Part shown: positions 41,716 through 51,910 of the stretch, piece after piece | How positions within the stretch are numbered: the first letter of the stretch is position 1 | How the letters are laid out: each line of letters starts with the position of its first letter | From: an uncultured Gemmatimonadales bacterium | Lineage (GTDB): Bacteria > Gemmatimonadota > Gemmatimonadetes > Longimicrobiales > Gaopeijiaceae | Direction of reading: 5' to 3' | NCBI GenBank assembly: GCA_963823035.1 | Contig: CAWGKG010000018.1 | Coordinates: forward strand, 288,001 to 352,000 | DNA: 64,000 nt | Program-made: the position numbers and the translations under genes | The notes under the pieces: generated by a model | Database searches by the model: none | What the model was told of the DNA's origin: nothing | What the model saw: the letters and a program-made list of their open reading frames with translations, nothing else

Positions 41716-42987
41716 CGGCCTCCTCGCGCGCGTCCGGCGCGATCTCGAGCGCCCGCGCTTCCAGCAGGTCGCGGCGGTTGCGCGCCGGATCCTCCAGGAC
41801 CCACGCCAACAGCCGCTCGAGGATGCGGCCGAAGGAGGGACCGGGACGCAGGCCCAGCGCGATCAGGTCGCGGCCGTCGAGCCTTAGTGCCGCGACGTCC
41901 AGGGGGGGCTCTCGCCCAGCACGGCGCGCGCGCGCCGCCAGGCTGCCACGACCTCTTCGGGCGTCCTCCCCACGGCGCCCGTCCGGGCCCTGGCGAGCTC
42001 GAGGCGGGCCGCGGCCGCGAGGCGCTCCGGCCCGACCCCCGCGAGCCACCGGCGCACCTCCGCGTCGGGGGCGTCCGCCGCGGGAAGGGGCGGCGCCGCG
42101 GCCCGGCGGGCCGTCTCGTCGACCTGGGCGTTGGAGAGGCGCAGGCGCATGAGGATCTGCGCGACCCGCTTGGCGTCCAGGGGCGCCAGGAGGGCGGCGA
42201 GACGCAGCAGCGGGCGGTCGCGCGGGAGCACGTCGATCGTGCGCAGCGTATTCGCCCAGAGGTCCGGATCGGCGTCCACGAGCATCTGCAGCTCGGGGTA
42301 CAGCAGCCGCAGCGCGCCCGAGCGGACGTACAGGTCGAGCGCCCTCGAGGGTCGCGCGTCCACGCCCAGCACCTTGACGAGCTCCTCGCGGATACGCTCC
42401 GCGGAGAGCGCAGACAGGTGGGCGCCGGCGGCGCACAGCGCCTCCCACGTCCTCGGCTCGACGTCGAGCCCGAAGCGGCCGGCGAAGCGCAGGGCGCGCA
42501 GCACGCGCAGGTGGTCCTCGGAGAAGCGCTCCGCCGGCTCACCCACCGAGCGGAGGACGTGTCGCTCGAGGTCGCGGACGCCGTCGAAGGGGTCGAGCAG
42601 CTCCTTCCGAAGCGGATGCCACGCGATCGCGTTCAGCGTGAAGTCGCGCCGGGCGAGGTCCTCCTGGACGCTGTCCGCGAAGACGACGACGGCGTGACGG
42701 CCGTCGGTCTCCACGTCGCGTCGGAAGGTGGTGACCTCGAAAAGGGTGCCGTCGTCCGAGAGGACCCCCATCGTGCCGTGCTCGACGCCGAGCGGCACCG
42801 TGCGGCGGAAGAGCCGGCGGACATCGTCGGGCCGGGCGCGGGTCGTCAGGTCCCAGTCGCCGGCCGGGTGGCCCAGGAACACGTCGCGCACCGCGCCACC
42901 GACGGCCCACGTCTCGAAGCCCGCCTCCTCCAGCGTGCGGGTGATCCAACGCACCGCGGGGGGCGCGGAAGGAGCGGGGAGGCTCAC
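41708..42987 (-). CDS. cca: CCA tRNA nucleotidyltransferase; -1 frameshift in the run at 41902-41908
   Basis: VGGAVRD, DWD, EVTTFR, DLARRDFTLNA, RFSEDHLRVLRALRF, SAERIREE; the C-terminal LDGRDL..LG..PGP..G.IL is in another frame. Confidence 0.9.
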
Positions 42988-43748
42988 CCCACCAGGACGG
43001 CGCCGCCGTTCACGTTGAGGATCTCTCCGGTCACGTGGCGCCCGAGCACGGAGCAGAGGAAGAGGATGGGGCCGGCCACGTCGGCGGCGCTGGCCAACCG
43101 CCCGATGGGGATCCCCTTCTCGATGCGCTCGCGCGCGCCCTCGCCGAGCACGGGCTGGGACATCTCCGTTTCGATCCACCCCGGCGCGACGCAGTTCACC
43201 GTGACGCCGCGCCCGCCCAGCTCCACACAGAGGCCCTTCACGAGCGAGATGAGGGCACCCTTGGTCGCGGCATAGTCCCCGTGGTAGGCCTCACCCCGCT
43301 GGCCGGCCGTGCTGCCCACGAGCACGAGGCGTCCGTCGTCGCGCAGCCGCCGGGCCGCCGCGCGGCTCGCGTAGAAGACCGCATGCAGGTTGGTCGCCAC
43401 CGTCTGGTGCCACTGCTCGTCCGTCATGTCGGCGATGGCCACGTCCTCGATCGGCCAGATACCGTGGTTCGCCACGAAGATGTCCAGTCCGTCGAACTCC
43501 TCGTCGCCGCGCGCGAAGAGCGCTTCGACGTCCTCGACGTGACCCAGGTCGCCGGCGTGCGCCCAGGCATGGACACCGTGGGCGCGGAGCTCCCCCACGA
43601 CCGCGTCCGCGTCCGCCTTCCGCGTCCGGTAGCCGATGCCGACGTTCGCGCCGGCCCGCGCGAGGAGGACGGCCGCCGCGCGGCCCACGCCGCGCGAGCC
43701 CCCCGTCACGATGGCGTTCCTTCCGGACAGGTCGATCAGGTCGTTCAT
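42984..43748 (-). CDS. SDR family oxidoreductase (FabG-like)
   Basis: TGGSRGVG, ANHG, YAATK, VNCVAPGWI, VNGG. Confidence 0.9.
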   Translation of the reverse strand: MNDLIDLSGRNAIVTGGSRGVGRAAAVLLARAGANVGIGYRTRKADADAVVGELRAHGVHAWAHAGDLGHVEDVEALFARGDEEFDGLDIFVANHGIWPIEDVAIADMTDEQWHQTVATNLHAVFYASRAAARRLRDDGRLVLVGSTAGQRGEAYHGDYAATKGALISLVKGLCVELGGRGVTVNCVAPGWIETEMSQPVLGEGARERIEKGIPIGRLASAADVAGPILFLCSVLGRHVTGEILNVNGGAVLVG

Positions 43749-44179
43749 CCCTCTTCCCCTTCGTCGTTCTCGTGATGGGCCGCGGGCATCCACTTCCCCC
43801 CCAGCCGCTCGTGGTGGTGCCGCTCCGATCGGAGGATCTCGCGCAGGACCGCGACCGTCTCGTCGTCATCGACCCGGCCCACCGCGTCCTCGTACCAGGC
43901 GACCTCGTCGGCCTCGCGCGCCCGCGCCACCTCCTGCCACGCGTCCAGGCCCGGGACCTCGGGCGCTTCGCGCGCCTCCCCCGGCGTCTCCCCCATCTCG
44001 AGCAGGCGGGCCGTGAGGCGCGACACGTGGTGCTGTTCGTCGGCGAGCAGCTCGTTCAGCCGCTCGGCCGCCTCGACGTTCCCAGCCGACTCGGCGTCGC
44101 CGGCGAGCGTCCGGTAGAAGCCCGTCTGGGCCCGCTCGCGGCGCCGACCCTCCTGCAGGACCCGCACCGTCTCGCTCAC
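43745..44179 (-). CDS. Ferritin-like / rubrerythrin-type four-helix diiron protein
   Basis: E..Q..FY...DEQHH and E..E..WY...SERHH carboxylate/His pairs; 4-bp overlaps with both neighbours. Confidence 0.75.
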   Translation of the reverse strand: MSETVRVLQEGRRRERAQTGFYRTLAGDAESAGNVEAAERLNELLADEQHHVSRLTARLLEMGETPGEAREAPEVPGLDAWQEVARAREADEVAWYEDAVGRVDDDETVAVLREILRSERHHHERLGGKWMPAAHHENDEGEEG

Positions 44180-44769
44180 GGCGCCTCCACGATCGCGCGC
44201 TCGACCAGGTCGCAGACGATGTGGCCGAGCGTCAGGTGGATCTCCTGGGCCCGCGCGGTCGTGTCGGTCGGCACCACCAGGGCGACGTCGACCTGGGCTC
44301 CGAGCCGCCCGCCCCCGCGGGCGAGCAGCGCCACGGTCGTCACGCCCACCTCGCGGGCCGCCGCCGCCGCGGTGAGCAGGTTGGGGGATTCCCCGCTCGT
44401 CGAGTGCAGCACGAGGAGGTCGCCCGGCCGCCCGAGCGCGCGTACCTGCCGCTCGAAGACCGAGTCGAACCCGTAGTCGTTGGCGCTGGCCGTGAGGATC
44501 GACGTGTCGGTGGTGAGCGCGATGGCGGGAAGGGCCGCCCGATGGCGCGCGAAGCGAACGACATACTCGGCGGCGAGGTGCTGGGCGTCCGCGGCGGAGC
44601 CGCCGTTCCCGCAGAACAGCAGCTTGCCACCGCCGCGGAGGGTCGCCAGAACGCGCGCGGCCAGTTCCGCCGCGGGCTCGGCGAGGGTCTCCGAGACCCG
44701 CGTGGTCAGGGCGGAGAGGTCGGCCAGCTGCGTGCGGACCTCTTCGGTGAGGCGTTCGAGGTCGGTCAC
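44176..44769 (-). CDS. gmhA: Phosphoheptose isomerase (SIS domain)
   Basis: CGNGGSAADAQHLAAE, ANDYGF..VFERQ, STSGESPN, QEIHLTLGH. Confidence 0.92.
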   Translation of the reverse strand: MTDLERLTEEVRTQLADLSALTTRVSETLAEPAAELAARVLATLRGGGKLLFCGNGGSAADAQHLAAEYVVRFARHRAALPAIALTTDTSILTASANDYGFDSVFERQVRALGRPGDLLVLHSTSGESPNLLTAAAAAREVGVTTVALLARGGGRLGAQVDVALVVPTDTTARAQEIHLTLGHIVCDLVERAIVEAP

Positions 44770-45587
44770 GCCGACTCCAGGTTGAGGATCTCCTTGACCT
44801 TCGCCCAGAATCCCCGCTCCGCCGGGAGGTTCGGGACCGGGATGGGAAGCCGGTCTTCGAACACGCGCCCCGGGTTCGTGCGGGAGAGGTGCACGAGGCT
44901 CTCCTCGGCGCCCAGGTCGCGGAGGCGATCGGCCGCCTCGCGGCGGTAGATCTTCCGGTCGGGCCGCCCGTGGAAGTCGGACGAGAAGTAGTCCACCCAC
45001 CCCCTGCGCAGGAGCCGGAAGGCGAAATCGCGCGCTTCTCCGCCGTAGCGGCCAACCACCGATCCGTAGTTCACCTGCAGATACGCGCCGACGACTCGCC
45101 ACTGCTCGGCGAGCGCCAGGTCCATCCCGATGTAGCGCTCCGGGTGCGCGACGATCGGACGGTAGCCTTCGTTCGCGATGCGGTGCAGGACCTTGGTCGT
45201 CCCCGGCGGGAGGCGCAAGCGCGGCCACTCGATGAGGACGAAGCTCGAGCCCCCCAGGCGGGTACGCGGGTCGTCGAAGCTCACGTCGGGGACGTCGAGC
45301 ATGACCTCGTGACCACGCCGGAACTCCACGTCCGGGTGGCGCTTCGCCACCGCCTCCGCGGCCACGTTGAACGCTTCCGTGACCTGCGAGAGCCGCTCCT
45401 CGAGGCGCACACCGTCGAGGGACAGGCTTCCCCGCAGGTGCGGCGTCGTCAGGATCCGGCGAATGCCCTGCTCCACCATGCGGTCCACGGACTCGAGCGT
45501 GTCCTCGAGCGAGCGGGCACCGTCGTCCACCCCTGGAACCAGGTGGCTGTGCAGGTCCGCCAGCGACGTGGAATCCGACCCGCTCAC
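44766..45587 (-). CDS. CpsB/CapC/YwqE-family PHP tyrosine phosphatase
   Basis: DLHSHLVPGVDDG, TTPH, GHE, AHPERY, QVN, SSDFH. Confidence 0.88.
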   Translation of the reverse strand: MSGSDSTSLADLHSHLVPGVDDGARSLEDTLESVDRMVEQGIRRILTTPHLRGSLSLDGVRLEERLSQVTEAFNVAAEAVAKRHPDVEFRRGHEVMLDVPDVSFDDPRTRLGGSSFVLIEWPRLRLPPGTTKVLHRIANEGYRPIVAHPERYIGMDLALAEQWRVVGAYLQVNYGSVVGRYGGEARDFAFRLLRRGWVDYFSSDFHGRPDRKIYRREAADRLRDLGAEESLVHLSRTNPGRVFEDRLPIPVPNLPAERGFWAKVKEILNLESA

Positions 45588-45880
45588 GGGTGCTGCGCCG
45601 CCACGCGGCTCAGGATGTCCCCGAAGGCCTCCGCCGGCTCCGGACCCTCGAGCGCGGCCTCGCACGCGTACGTGACGAGTGCGTCCGCCGCGAGGAGGTG
45701 GAAGGCGCTGGCGCGCACGCGCCCGGGTTCCGCCCGGGCCCGGGCGAGCTCCGCGAGCCCCCCGCCCAGGAGCGCCTCGGGGAGGGTCTCGCCGGCACAC
45801 GACACACCATCCAACCACCGCGTCAACGGCGCGGGTGGCGGTGGCGTGCGTCGCGCGAGCCAACCGGGCACGTGGGTCAC
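45584..45880 (-). CDS. Hypothetical protein (98 aa)
   Basis: Exactly fills the gap between alaS and the phosphatase, with GTGA overlaps at both ends; AFHLLAADALVTYACE helix. Confidence 0.7.
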   Translation of the reverse strand: MTHVPGWLARRTPPPPAPLTRWLDGVSCAGETLPEALLGGGLAELARARAEPGRVRASAFHLLAADALVTYACEAALEGPEPAEAFGDILSRVAAQHP

Positions 45881-48528
45881 GCGGCCCCTTCGCCCAGGAG
45901 CCGGCGGACCACGTCCGCCCCCGAGCGCAGCGCCTCGTCCAGCCGCTCGGCGTCCTCCACGCCCGCTTGGGCCATGTGCGGCCGGCCGCCACCGCGACCG
46001 CCCACGATCGCGGCCACCTCGCGCACGATCGCGTCCGCGCGGACGCCGCGCGAGATCAGGTCGTCCGTGACGAACGTGAAGAGCGTGCGCTTGTCGTTGG
46101 GGAGCTCCGCGCCCACCACGGCCACGCCGCTCCCGCCCGAGGCGAGGAAGGCGTCCCCCCACTTGCGGGCGTCGTCGGCGTCGCGCGATCGCAGGCGGAC
46201 GGCCCGATACGTGGCGCCCTTGGCGCCGGCGTCGATCCGCTCCGACGCGACCTCCGTCTCGCCCGCGCCTCCGCCGCTCCGCAGCTCGTCGAGCAGGACC
46301 TCGAGCTCCGCGCGTTCCTCCAGGAGCTGCTCGGCCCGGTGCACCACGTTCTGCGGCTGGGTGCGAAGGGAGCGCGCGGCTTCGTCCAGGAGCCGCTCCT
46401 GGTCCTTCATGTAGGCGAAGGCGCCCGGTCCGGTGAGCGCCTCGATGCGGCGTACACCGGCGGCCACGCCGCTCTCGCTCACGACCCGGAGGAGGCCGAT
46501 CTCACCCGTGTGGCGGACGTGCGTCCCGCCGCACAGCTCCATGCTCACGCCCGGGATCTGCACGACGCGGACCTCGTCTCCGTACTTCTCCCCGAAGAGC
46601 GCCATCGCCCCCGCCTGGAGCGCGTCCTCCTTGCTCCGGTGGCCGATCTCGACCGCATGGTCCGCCCAGACCCCTTCGTTGACGATCCTCTCGACCCGCT
46701 CCCGCTCCTCGGGCGTCATGGGCGCCGTGTGCGCGAAGTCGAAGCGGAGCCGATCCGGAGCGACGAGCGACCCTCGCTGCACGACGTGCTCGCCCAGCAC
46801 CGAGCGGAGCGCAGCGTGAAGGAGGTGCGTCGCGGTGTGGTTCCTCTCGGTGTCGTGGCGGACCTCCCGGGGAACGGTCCCTTCGACGGCCAACGGGGCG
46901 GAAGGCTCCTCCGGGAAGTCGCCCTCCACGGAGCCGAGGACGGCCGTCCGTCCGTCCACCCTGCGCAGGTCCGCGACGTGCAGCGTCCACCCCTGTCCGC
47001 GTACCTCGCCGCCGTCGGAGATCTGTCCGCCGCTCTCCAGGTAGAAGGGGTTCTCGCGCAGGACCAGGCCCACCGCCTCGCCGTGCCGGCGCCAGGCGAG
47101 GACCTCGGTCTCCACCTGCGTGGTGTGATAGCCGACGAACTCCTGCTCGGCAGACGACAGCTCGACCCACCCTTCGGCGTCCGACCCGTCGTCGAGCGCG
47201 ACGCCGGAGGCGGCGCGGTCGGCGCGGGACCGCGCGCGCTGCGCCTCCAGGGCCTCGTCGAAGCCCTCGACGTCCACGCCGAAGCCCCGCTCCTCCGCCA
47301 TCAGCTGCGTCAGGTCGAGCGGGAAGCCGAACGTGTCGTACAGACGAAACGCCTCGTCCCCCGGGATGGAGGTTGCCGTCGAGGAGGCCTCGTCGGCCAG
47401 CTCGTCGAAGCGCTTCATGCCGCCCTCGATCGTGGAGAGGAACCGCTCCTCCTCCGCCCGGGTGGTGCGCACCAGGTGGTCGCGACGGTGACGGAGCTCC
47501 GGGAACACGTCGCCCATGCTCTCGACCACGGCCTCGACGACGTGCACGAGCGCGGGCTCCCGCAGCCCCAGCAGCCAGGCATGCCGCACGGCGCGCCGCA
47601 AGATCCGGCGGAGGACATACCCGCGCCCCTCGTTGGAGGGGAAGACGCCGTCCGCGAGGAGGAACGCGACCGCGCGGGCGTGGTCCGCGAGCACGTGGTA
47701 GCTCACGCTCTCCTCGAGGTCGGGATCGTAGGGGCGACCCACGACCTCCCCGACCCGGTCGAGGAGCGGTGTGAAGAGGTCCGTGTGGTAGTTGGACCCC
47801 TTCCCCTGCATCACGGCGGCGAGCCGCTCCAGCCCGGCGCCCGTGTCGATCGAGGGGGCCGGAAGGGGGTGCATCTCACCGCTCTCGTCGCGGTCGTACT
47901 GCATGAACACGAGGTTCCACAGCTCGACGATGTCGCCCCGGTCGCCGGCCGCCACGAACGCCTCGGTGGTCTGCTCGGCGGGCACCTCGGGTCGCAGGTC
48001 GTAGTGGATCTCCGAGCACGGTCCGCAGGGGCCGGTGTCGGCCATCTGCCAGAAGTTGTCCTTGTCGCCCAGCCGGAAGATCCGCTCGGCCGGGAGGCCC
48101 GCCTCCTCCTCCCAGAGCGCCGCGGCCTCGTCGTCGGAGTGGTGCACCGTGGCGTACAGCCGGGCGGGATCCAGCCCGTAGACCTCGGTGACCAGCTCCC
48201 ACGCGTAGCGCACCGCGTCCCGCTTGAAGTAGTCGCCGAAGGAGAAGTTGCCGAGCATCTCGAAGAAGGTGTGGTGGCGCGCGGTCTTGCCCACCTCCTC
48301 GAGGTCGTTGTGCTTGCCACCGGCACGCACGCACTTCTGCGAGGTGGTCGCCCTGCGGTACGGCACCTTCTCCTGGCCGAGGAAGACCCGCTTGAACTGC
48401 ACCATCCCCGCGTTGGTGAAGAGGAGGGTAGGATCGTCGCTGGGCACCAGCGAGGAGCTGGGACGCACCTCGTGTCCATGCTCGTGGAAGTAGTCGAGGA
48501 ACTTCTGTCGGATCTCGGCGGCCTTCAT
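45877..48528 (-). CDS. alaS: Alanine--tRNA ligase
   Basis: LLFTNAGMVQFK, HHTFFEMLGNFSFGDYFK, GPCGPCSEI, NHTATHLL, ELCGGTH, GGRGGG. Confidence 0.98.
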   Translation of the reverse strand: MKAAEIRQKFLDYFHEHGHEVRPSSSLVPSDDPTLLFTNAGMVQFKRVFLGQEKVPYRRATTSQKCVRAGGKHNDLEEVGKTARHHTFFEMLGNFSFGDYFKRDAVRYAWELVTEVYGLDPARLYATVHHSDDEAAALWEEEAGLPAERIFRLGDKDNFWQMADTGPCGPCSEIHYDLRPEVPAEQTTEAFVAAGDRGDIVELWNLVFMQYDRDESGEMHPLPAPSIDTGAGLERLAAVMQGKGSNYHTDLFTPLLDRVGEVVGRPYDPDLEESVSYHVLADHARAVAFLLADGVFPSNEGRGYVLRRILRRAVRHAWLLGLREPALVHVVEAVVESMGDVFPELRHRRDHLVRTTRAEEERFLSTIEGGMKRFDELADEASSTATSIPGDEAFRLYDTFGFPLDLTQLMAEERGFGVDVEGFDEALEAQRARSRADRAASGVALDDGSDAEGWVELSSAEQEFVGYHTTQVETEVLAWRRHGEAVGLVLRENPFYLESGGQISDGGEVRGQGWTLHVADLRRVDGRTAVLGSVEGDFPEEPSAPLAVEGTVPREVRHDTERNHTATHLLHAALRSVLGEHVVQRGSLVAPDRLRFDFAHTAPMTPEERERVERIVNEGVWADHAVEIGHRSKEDALQAGAMALFGEKYGDEVRVVQIPGVSMELCGGTHVRHTGEIGLLRVVSESGVAAGVRRIEALTGPGAFAYMKDQERLLDEAARSLRTQPQNVVHRAEQLLEERAELEVLLDELRSGGGAGETEVASERIDAGAKGATYRAVRLRSRDADDARKWGDAFLASGGSGVAVVGAELPNDKRTLFTFVTDDLISRGVRADAIVREVAAIVGGRGGGRPHMAQAGVEDAERLDEALRSGADVVRRLLGEGAA

Positions 48529-48705
48529 GTACGCCCGGGCGTAGGGGGACGGCCCGTCGCCGCCCCGGTTCGGTTCTCGGGTGCCCCGACCCACGGAGAC
48601 ACGCGCCCAGCCGGTTCGCTGGACAGGGAAAGGTAATCGGAGCCTCCGAGCCCGCTCAACGTGGCCCGCCCGGGGAGATCGGCCCCGGCTCCGACACGCG
48701 ACCGG

Positions 48706-49761
48706 TCAAGCGTCTTCGGCGGCGTCCGTCTCTTCGGAGTCCGAGGCGTGCGTCGCACCCGGCATCCCGAGGGCGACCTTCAGCCGCGCCTCGACCTCCT
48801 GGGCGATGTCGGGGTTCTCCTTGAGGAACTGCTTCGCGTTCTCCTTGCCCTGACCGAGGCGCAGATCGCCGTAGGAGAACCAGGAGCCCGACTTGTCGAC
48901 GATGTTCTGCTCCACGCCGAGGTCCACGAGGAGGCCCGTGTGGCTGATCCCCTCGTTGTAGTGGATGTCGAACTCGGCCTGGCGGAAGGGCGGCGCGCAC
49001 TTGTTCTTCACCACCTTCACCCGCGTGCGGTTGCCGATGACGTCCTGACCGTCCTTGATGGCGCCGATGCGCCGGATGTCGAGGCGGATGGAGGCGTAGA
49101 ACTTCAGGGCTCGGCCCCCGGAAGTGGTCTCCGGGTTGCCGAACATCACGCCGACCTTCTCGCGGATCTGGTTCGTGAAGATCACCGCGGTGTTCGAGCG
49201 GTTCACGGCGCCCGTGAGCTTGCGGAGGGCCTGGCTCATGAGGCGGGCCTGCAGCCCGACGTGCGTGTCGCCCATCTCGCCCTCGATCTCGGCACGCGGA
49301 ACGAGCGCCGCGACGGAGTCGATGACGACCACGTCCACCGCGTTGCTGCGGATGAGCACTTCGGCGATCTCGAGCGCCTGTTCGCCCGTGTCCGGCTGCG
49401 AGACCAGGAGGTTGTCCACGTCCACGCCGAGCTTCTTCGCGTACCCCACGTCGAGGGCGTGCTCGGCGTCGATGAAGGCGGCGATCCCGCCGCCCCGCTG
49501 CGCGTTGGCGATGATGTGCAGGCAGAGCGTGGTCTTCCCGGACGACTCCGGCCCGTAGACCTCACTCATGCGGCCCCGAGGCATCCCCCCGATCCCGATC
49601 GCCGCGTCCAGGTTCAGCGCGCCGGTGGAGATGCTGTCGATGTGCACCTTGGCGCCGTCCGCGCCCATGCGCATGATCGCGCCCTTCCCGTAGGAGCGCT
49701 CGATCTGCGTGATGGCCGTGCTGAGGGCCTTCTGTTTCTGCTCGCCGACGTCCGTCGCCAT
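48706..49761 (-). CDS. recA: Recombinase RecA
   Basis: [39 protein letters not shown]. Confidence 0.98.
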   Translation of the reverse strand: MATDVGEQKQKALSTAITQIERSYGKGAIMRMGADGAKVHIDSISTGALNLDAAIGIGGMPRGRMSEVYGPESSGKTTLCLHIIANAQRGGGIAAFIDAEHALDVGYAKKLGVDVDNLLVSQPDTGEQALEIAEVLIRSNAVDVVVIDSVAALVPRAEIEGEMGDTHVGLQARLMSQALRKLTGAVNRSNTAVIFTNQIREKVGVMFGNPETTSGGRALKFYASIRLDIRRIGAIKDGQDVIGNRTRVKVVKNKCAPPFRQAEFDIHYNEGISHTGLLVDLGVEQNIVDKSGSWFSYGDLRLGQGKENAKQFLKENPDIAQEVEARLKVALGMPGATHASDSEETDAAEDA

Positions 49762-49813
49762 CTCGTGCCTCTCGTTGGGGAACAGGGGTCTCCACAACCG
49801 CCAAAGCGATCCC

Positions 49814-49842
49814 AAGCTATCGAACCCGAAGATAAAGCGAAA
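49814..49842 (-). promoter_or_regulatory. recA promoter region with a TTCG-N7-TTCG direct repeat (candidate LexA operator)
   Basis: Minus strand TTCG-CTTTATC-TTCG at 49841-49827, upstream of a -10-like TAGCTT at 49819-49814. Confidence 0.5.
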
Positions 49843-49990
49843 GTCCGTCGGGTGCCTCGATTCGCGTGACCCAACCTAGGTCCCGTTTCAGGTCTCCGGA
49901 ATGCCCGCCTGGGCCGGGACTTGCACGGGGGCCTACCCGCAACCGAAGTTGTCCAGTCCCCAGGGCCCTTTTCCGGAGTCGGTTCTCGAG

Positions 49991-50422
49991 TTGGACGAAC
50001 AAGCCCCACAGCGCCAGCGCTTGCGATTCGAGGATCTGGGCCACAAGGCCGCCCCGGACGGGCAGTGCCACATCACGGTGCGCCTCGAGTGGTGTGGACG
50101 CACGCTGGAGGGCACGGCGACGAACCTCGAGACGCACCAGGGCCGCATTCGCGCGTCGGCGGAGGCCTCCTTGAAGGCCGCCGCGGACGCGACGGAGAAG
50201 CGCGCCTCCTTCGACCTCGTGGGGGTGAAGTCCGTGCGCGCCTTCGACGGGTGGGTCGTGGTGGCGCGTATCAACGGCATGGCGGACGGCAAGACCTACC
50301 GCCTCCTCGGCTCGGCCTCCTGCGAGGACGACGAGAAGCTCTCCCGCACCGCCGCCATCGCCGTCCTGGACGCGACGAACAGACTGTTCTCGCGCTACGT
50401 GCAGGCGCCCGACGTTTCCTAG
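49991..50422 (+). CDS. Hypothetical protein, possibly LeuA regulatory-domain-like fold
   Basis: Coding-like composition; two beta-beta-alpha units ending ASLKAA and AVLDATNR; start uncertain (TTG at 49991). Confidence 0.7.
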   Translation: MDEQAPQRQRLRFEDLGHKAAPDGQCHITVRLEWCGRTLEGTATNLETHQGRIRASAEASLKAAADATEKRASFDLVGVKSVRAFDGWVVVARINGMADGKTYRLLGSASCEDDEKLSRTAAIAVLDATNRLFSRYVQAPDVS

Positions 50423-50475
50423 GCTGGCGGGTGGGCCCGCACCCACCGACCGGCCGCCGCCACGAAGGGCCGGCC

Positions 50476-51850
50476 CTACCCTCCTGCCAGGTACATCCTC
50501 CACACGCCCGCCCGCACCGGAATCCACAGCACCGAATACGGGCTCTCCGCGGTCGCGGGCGCGAACACCGGCACACCACCGAAGACGCCTACACGCAGGA
50601 TGTCTCCACAGTCCAACGCGTCCTCCTCGTCGGTCTTCCGATAGCGCAGGCCGCGCACGGTGATCGGATCGCCGTCGAGGTACCACCCCGTGTCGCCGGC
50701 GTAGCTGCCGGCGAAGACGACCGTGGGGCGGAGCGTCCGGATCGAGTGTGCGCCCGGAGCCGAGGAGGGTGTCGCCCTCGGCGGTCACGAGCACGCGGGC
50801 GTTCTCACCCGTCGCGAGGCATACGAGCGCCTCGGTGCCCTCGGGCGCGGGGGGCGCGATCACGACGGTGTCCGGCGGGGGTGCGGGGAGCTGGATCACC
50901 TCCCGGCTGGGCCGCTCCATGAGTTGGGCGCGGCAGCGCCGCCCCACCCCGTCGCCGCAAAGCGCCAACGACGCGAGGAGGCCGAAGCGCGGCTTGCGGT
51001 ACTCGCTGTCCCACCCCCCGGGGGGCTCGTCGTGGTTCACGCCCATGAGCTGTGCGCCCAGACGCACGCCACGCAGGTCGACCTGCGTGCCGACGTTCAC
51101 GTCGAAGCCGTTGTACTCGCCCATGAGCGTGAGCACCGAGCTCCGGATCCCCATGTGGAGGGCCGAGCCCAGGAACCACCCCCCGGAGCCCCCGTCGCCG
51201 TAGAAGGACAGGTCGCCGCCGTCCTTGAAGAGCCCGCCGCCGTAGCCGAGGGAGAAGGTGAGGTCGTGGCGCGGGAGGATCCCGCCCTCCGCTCCGCGCA
51301 TGTGCGCGGTGGCGACGCCGTAGAGCGAGAGACGCGTCGACACCCCGTCACGCCCGGGGTAGCTGCGGAAGCGGGGATCGGCCAGGCCCAGGCGATTGGG
51401 CCGGGCCTCGGTCCCGTCCTCGAATCCCGGCGCGGCCACCCACCGTGCCCCCAGGGCCAGGCCGAGCCCCTGGTTCGTGGGCCGCACGAGTTGGAAACGC
51501 GCGAAGAGCCCCGGAGTGCGGGCATCGTCGAGGGACTGCAGGGTGCCGCCCACCTCGGTCCGGTCGGAGAGGCCGAAGGCCACGGAGAGGTCCTGGTGGA
51601 AGCGGTCCACCCCGGGGCCGTAGCCGGACACGCCGCCCGTTTCGTCGACCACGAGGGTGCGGTCGAGCTTCAGGAAGTAGCCGGAATAGGTGGCGGTGAG
51701 GGTCCCGCGAGGAAGCACGCTGGCCACCGGGGTGTCCATCAGCCCGGAGCCCCATCGGAGCGAGCTCGGCATCGTCGTCGTCTGCGCCGCCGCCCCCGGA
51801 GCCCACGCGCACGCGGCCAGCACGGCGGCGACCACGGCCCTCAACACCAT
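50476..51850 (-). CDS. Secreted/outer-membrane protein with a YjbH-like N-terminal region; +1 frameshift near 50747
   Basis: Signal peptide ending AAAQ; GSGLMDTPVASVLPRG; amphipathic beta strands; proline linker; continues in ORF 50476..50658. Confidence 0.6.
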
Positions 51851-51910
51851 GCTCGCCCCCGGTCCGCCCCCTCCCCGCTCATCACGGCGCGACACCGCGC
51901 GGGTCGGACT

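Noticed and set aside
41902..41908. Phase-variable G7 tract in cca
   Set aside because: The tract is short and the gene is probably essential (the tRNA-Gln here lacks an encoded CCA); homopolymer under-calling is the simpler explanation.
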